Translations under genes and position numbers: made by a program
Notes under the pieces: generated by a model
Told to the model about the DNA's origin: nothing
The model's database searches: none
Seen by the model: the letters and a program-made list of their open reading frames with translations, nothing else
From: Octopus sinensis
Taxonomy: Eukaryota
Direction of reading: 5' to 3'
Assembly: GCF_006345805.1 (NCBI RefSeq)
Contig: NC_043003.1
Location: 18,786,001 to 18,850,000, forward strand
DNA: 64,000 bases
Shown: positions 63,766 through 64,000 of the stretch, piece by piece
Layout: every line of letters begins with the position of its first letter
How positions within the stretch are numbered: the first letter of the stretch is position 1

Positions 63766-64000
63766 TTTGTGGCAGACAAATATTGTTATGTCTCTAGGCA
63801 TGATGCTTAATTCCACCAGCTTCAACTCATCTAATTACTGGTACTGAGTATTCCTTCCAAAATGATATCCAGATAGAATAGCAGGGAGTCAGTTATCAGT
63901 CATTACTTAACTGAAACCACAGTGAAACAATGGCCCTTGTGAATCCCCAAGACTCATGAAAGAATTAACCTCCCAATGATTTTTTTTGTTAAGTGCCAAG

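Overview
AT-rich eukaryotic DNA, most likely Octopus sp. The species call rests on my recognition of the SINE, MITE and LINE families from memory, not on a database search. I found no recognisable protein-coding gene, RNA gene or CRISPR array. Almost all listed ORFs are SINE-, LINE- or microsatellite-derived. A>T and C>G skew on the + strand (judged by eye) suggests the window lies in long intron(s) of an unidentified minus-strand gene. It is densely filled with tRNA-derived SINEs (labelled families A-E here) and 3' fragments or fossils of RTE, Dong/R4, Hero-like and CR1-like LINEs. It also holds a dead mariner, hAT-Charlie and TTAA (piggyBac-type) MITEs and a Helentron-like element. Most interesting: a ~240-bp-arm inverted repeat with patchy identity (62.2-62.9 kb); a SINE-head/RTE-tail chimera inside a 77-bp hairpin (10.7-11.1 kb); a recurrent ~137-nt headless retroelement with a fixed 5' end; (TTA)n-targeted SINE chains; locally templated insertions; a 1004-bp tandem duplication; and a 4.6-kb SINE-free island (37.6-42.2 kb) with splice-site and promoter-like signals. 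Boundaries of degenerate repeats are approximate (about +/-20 bp).
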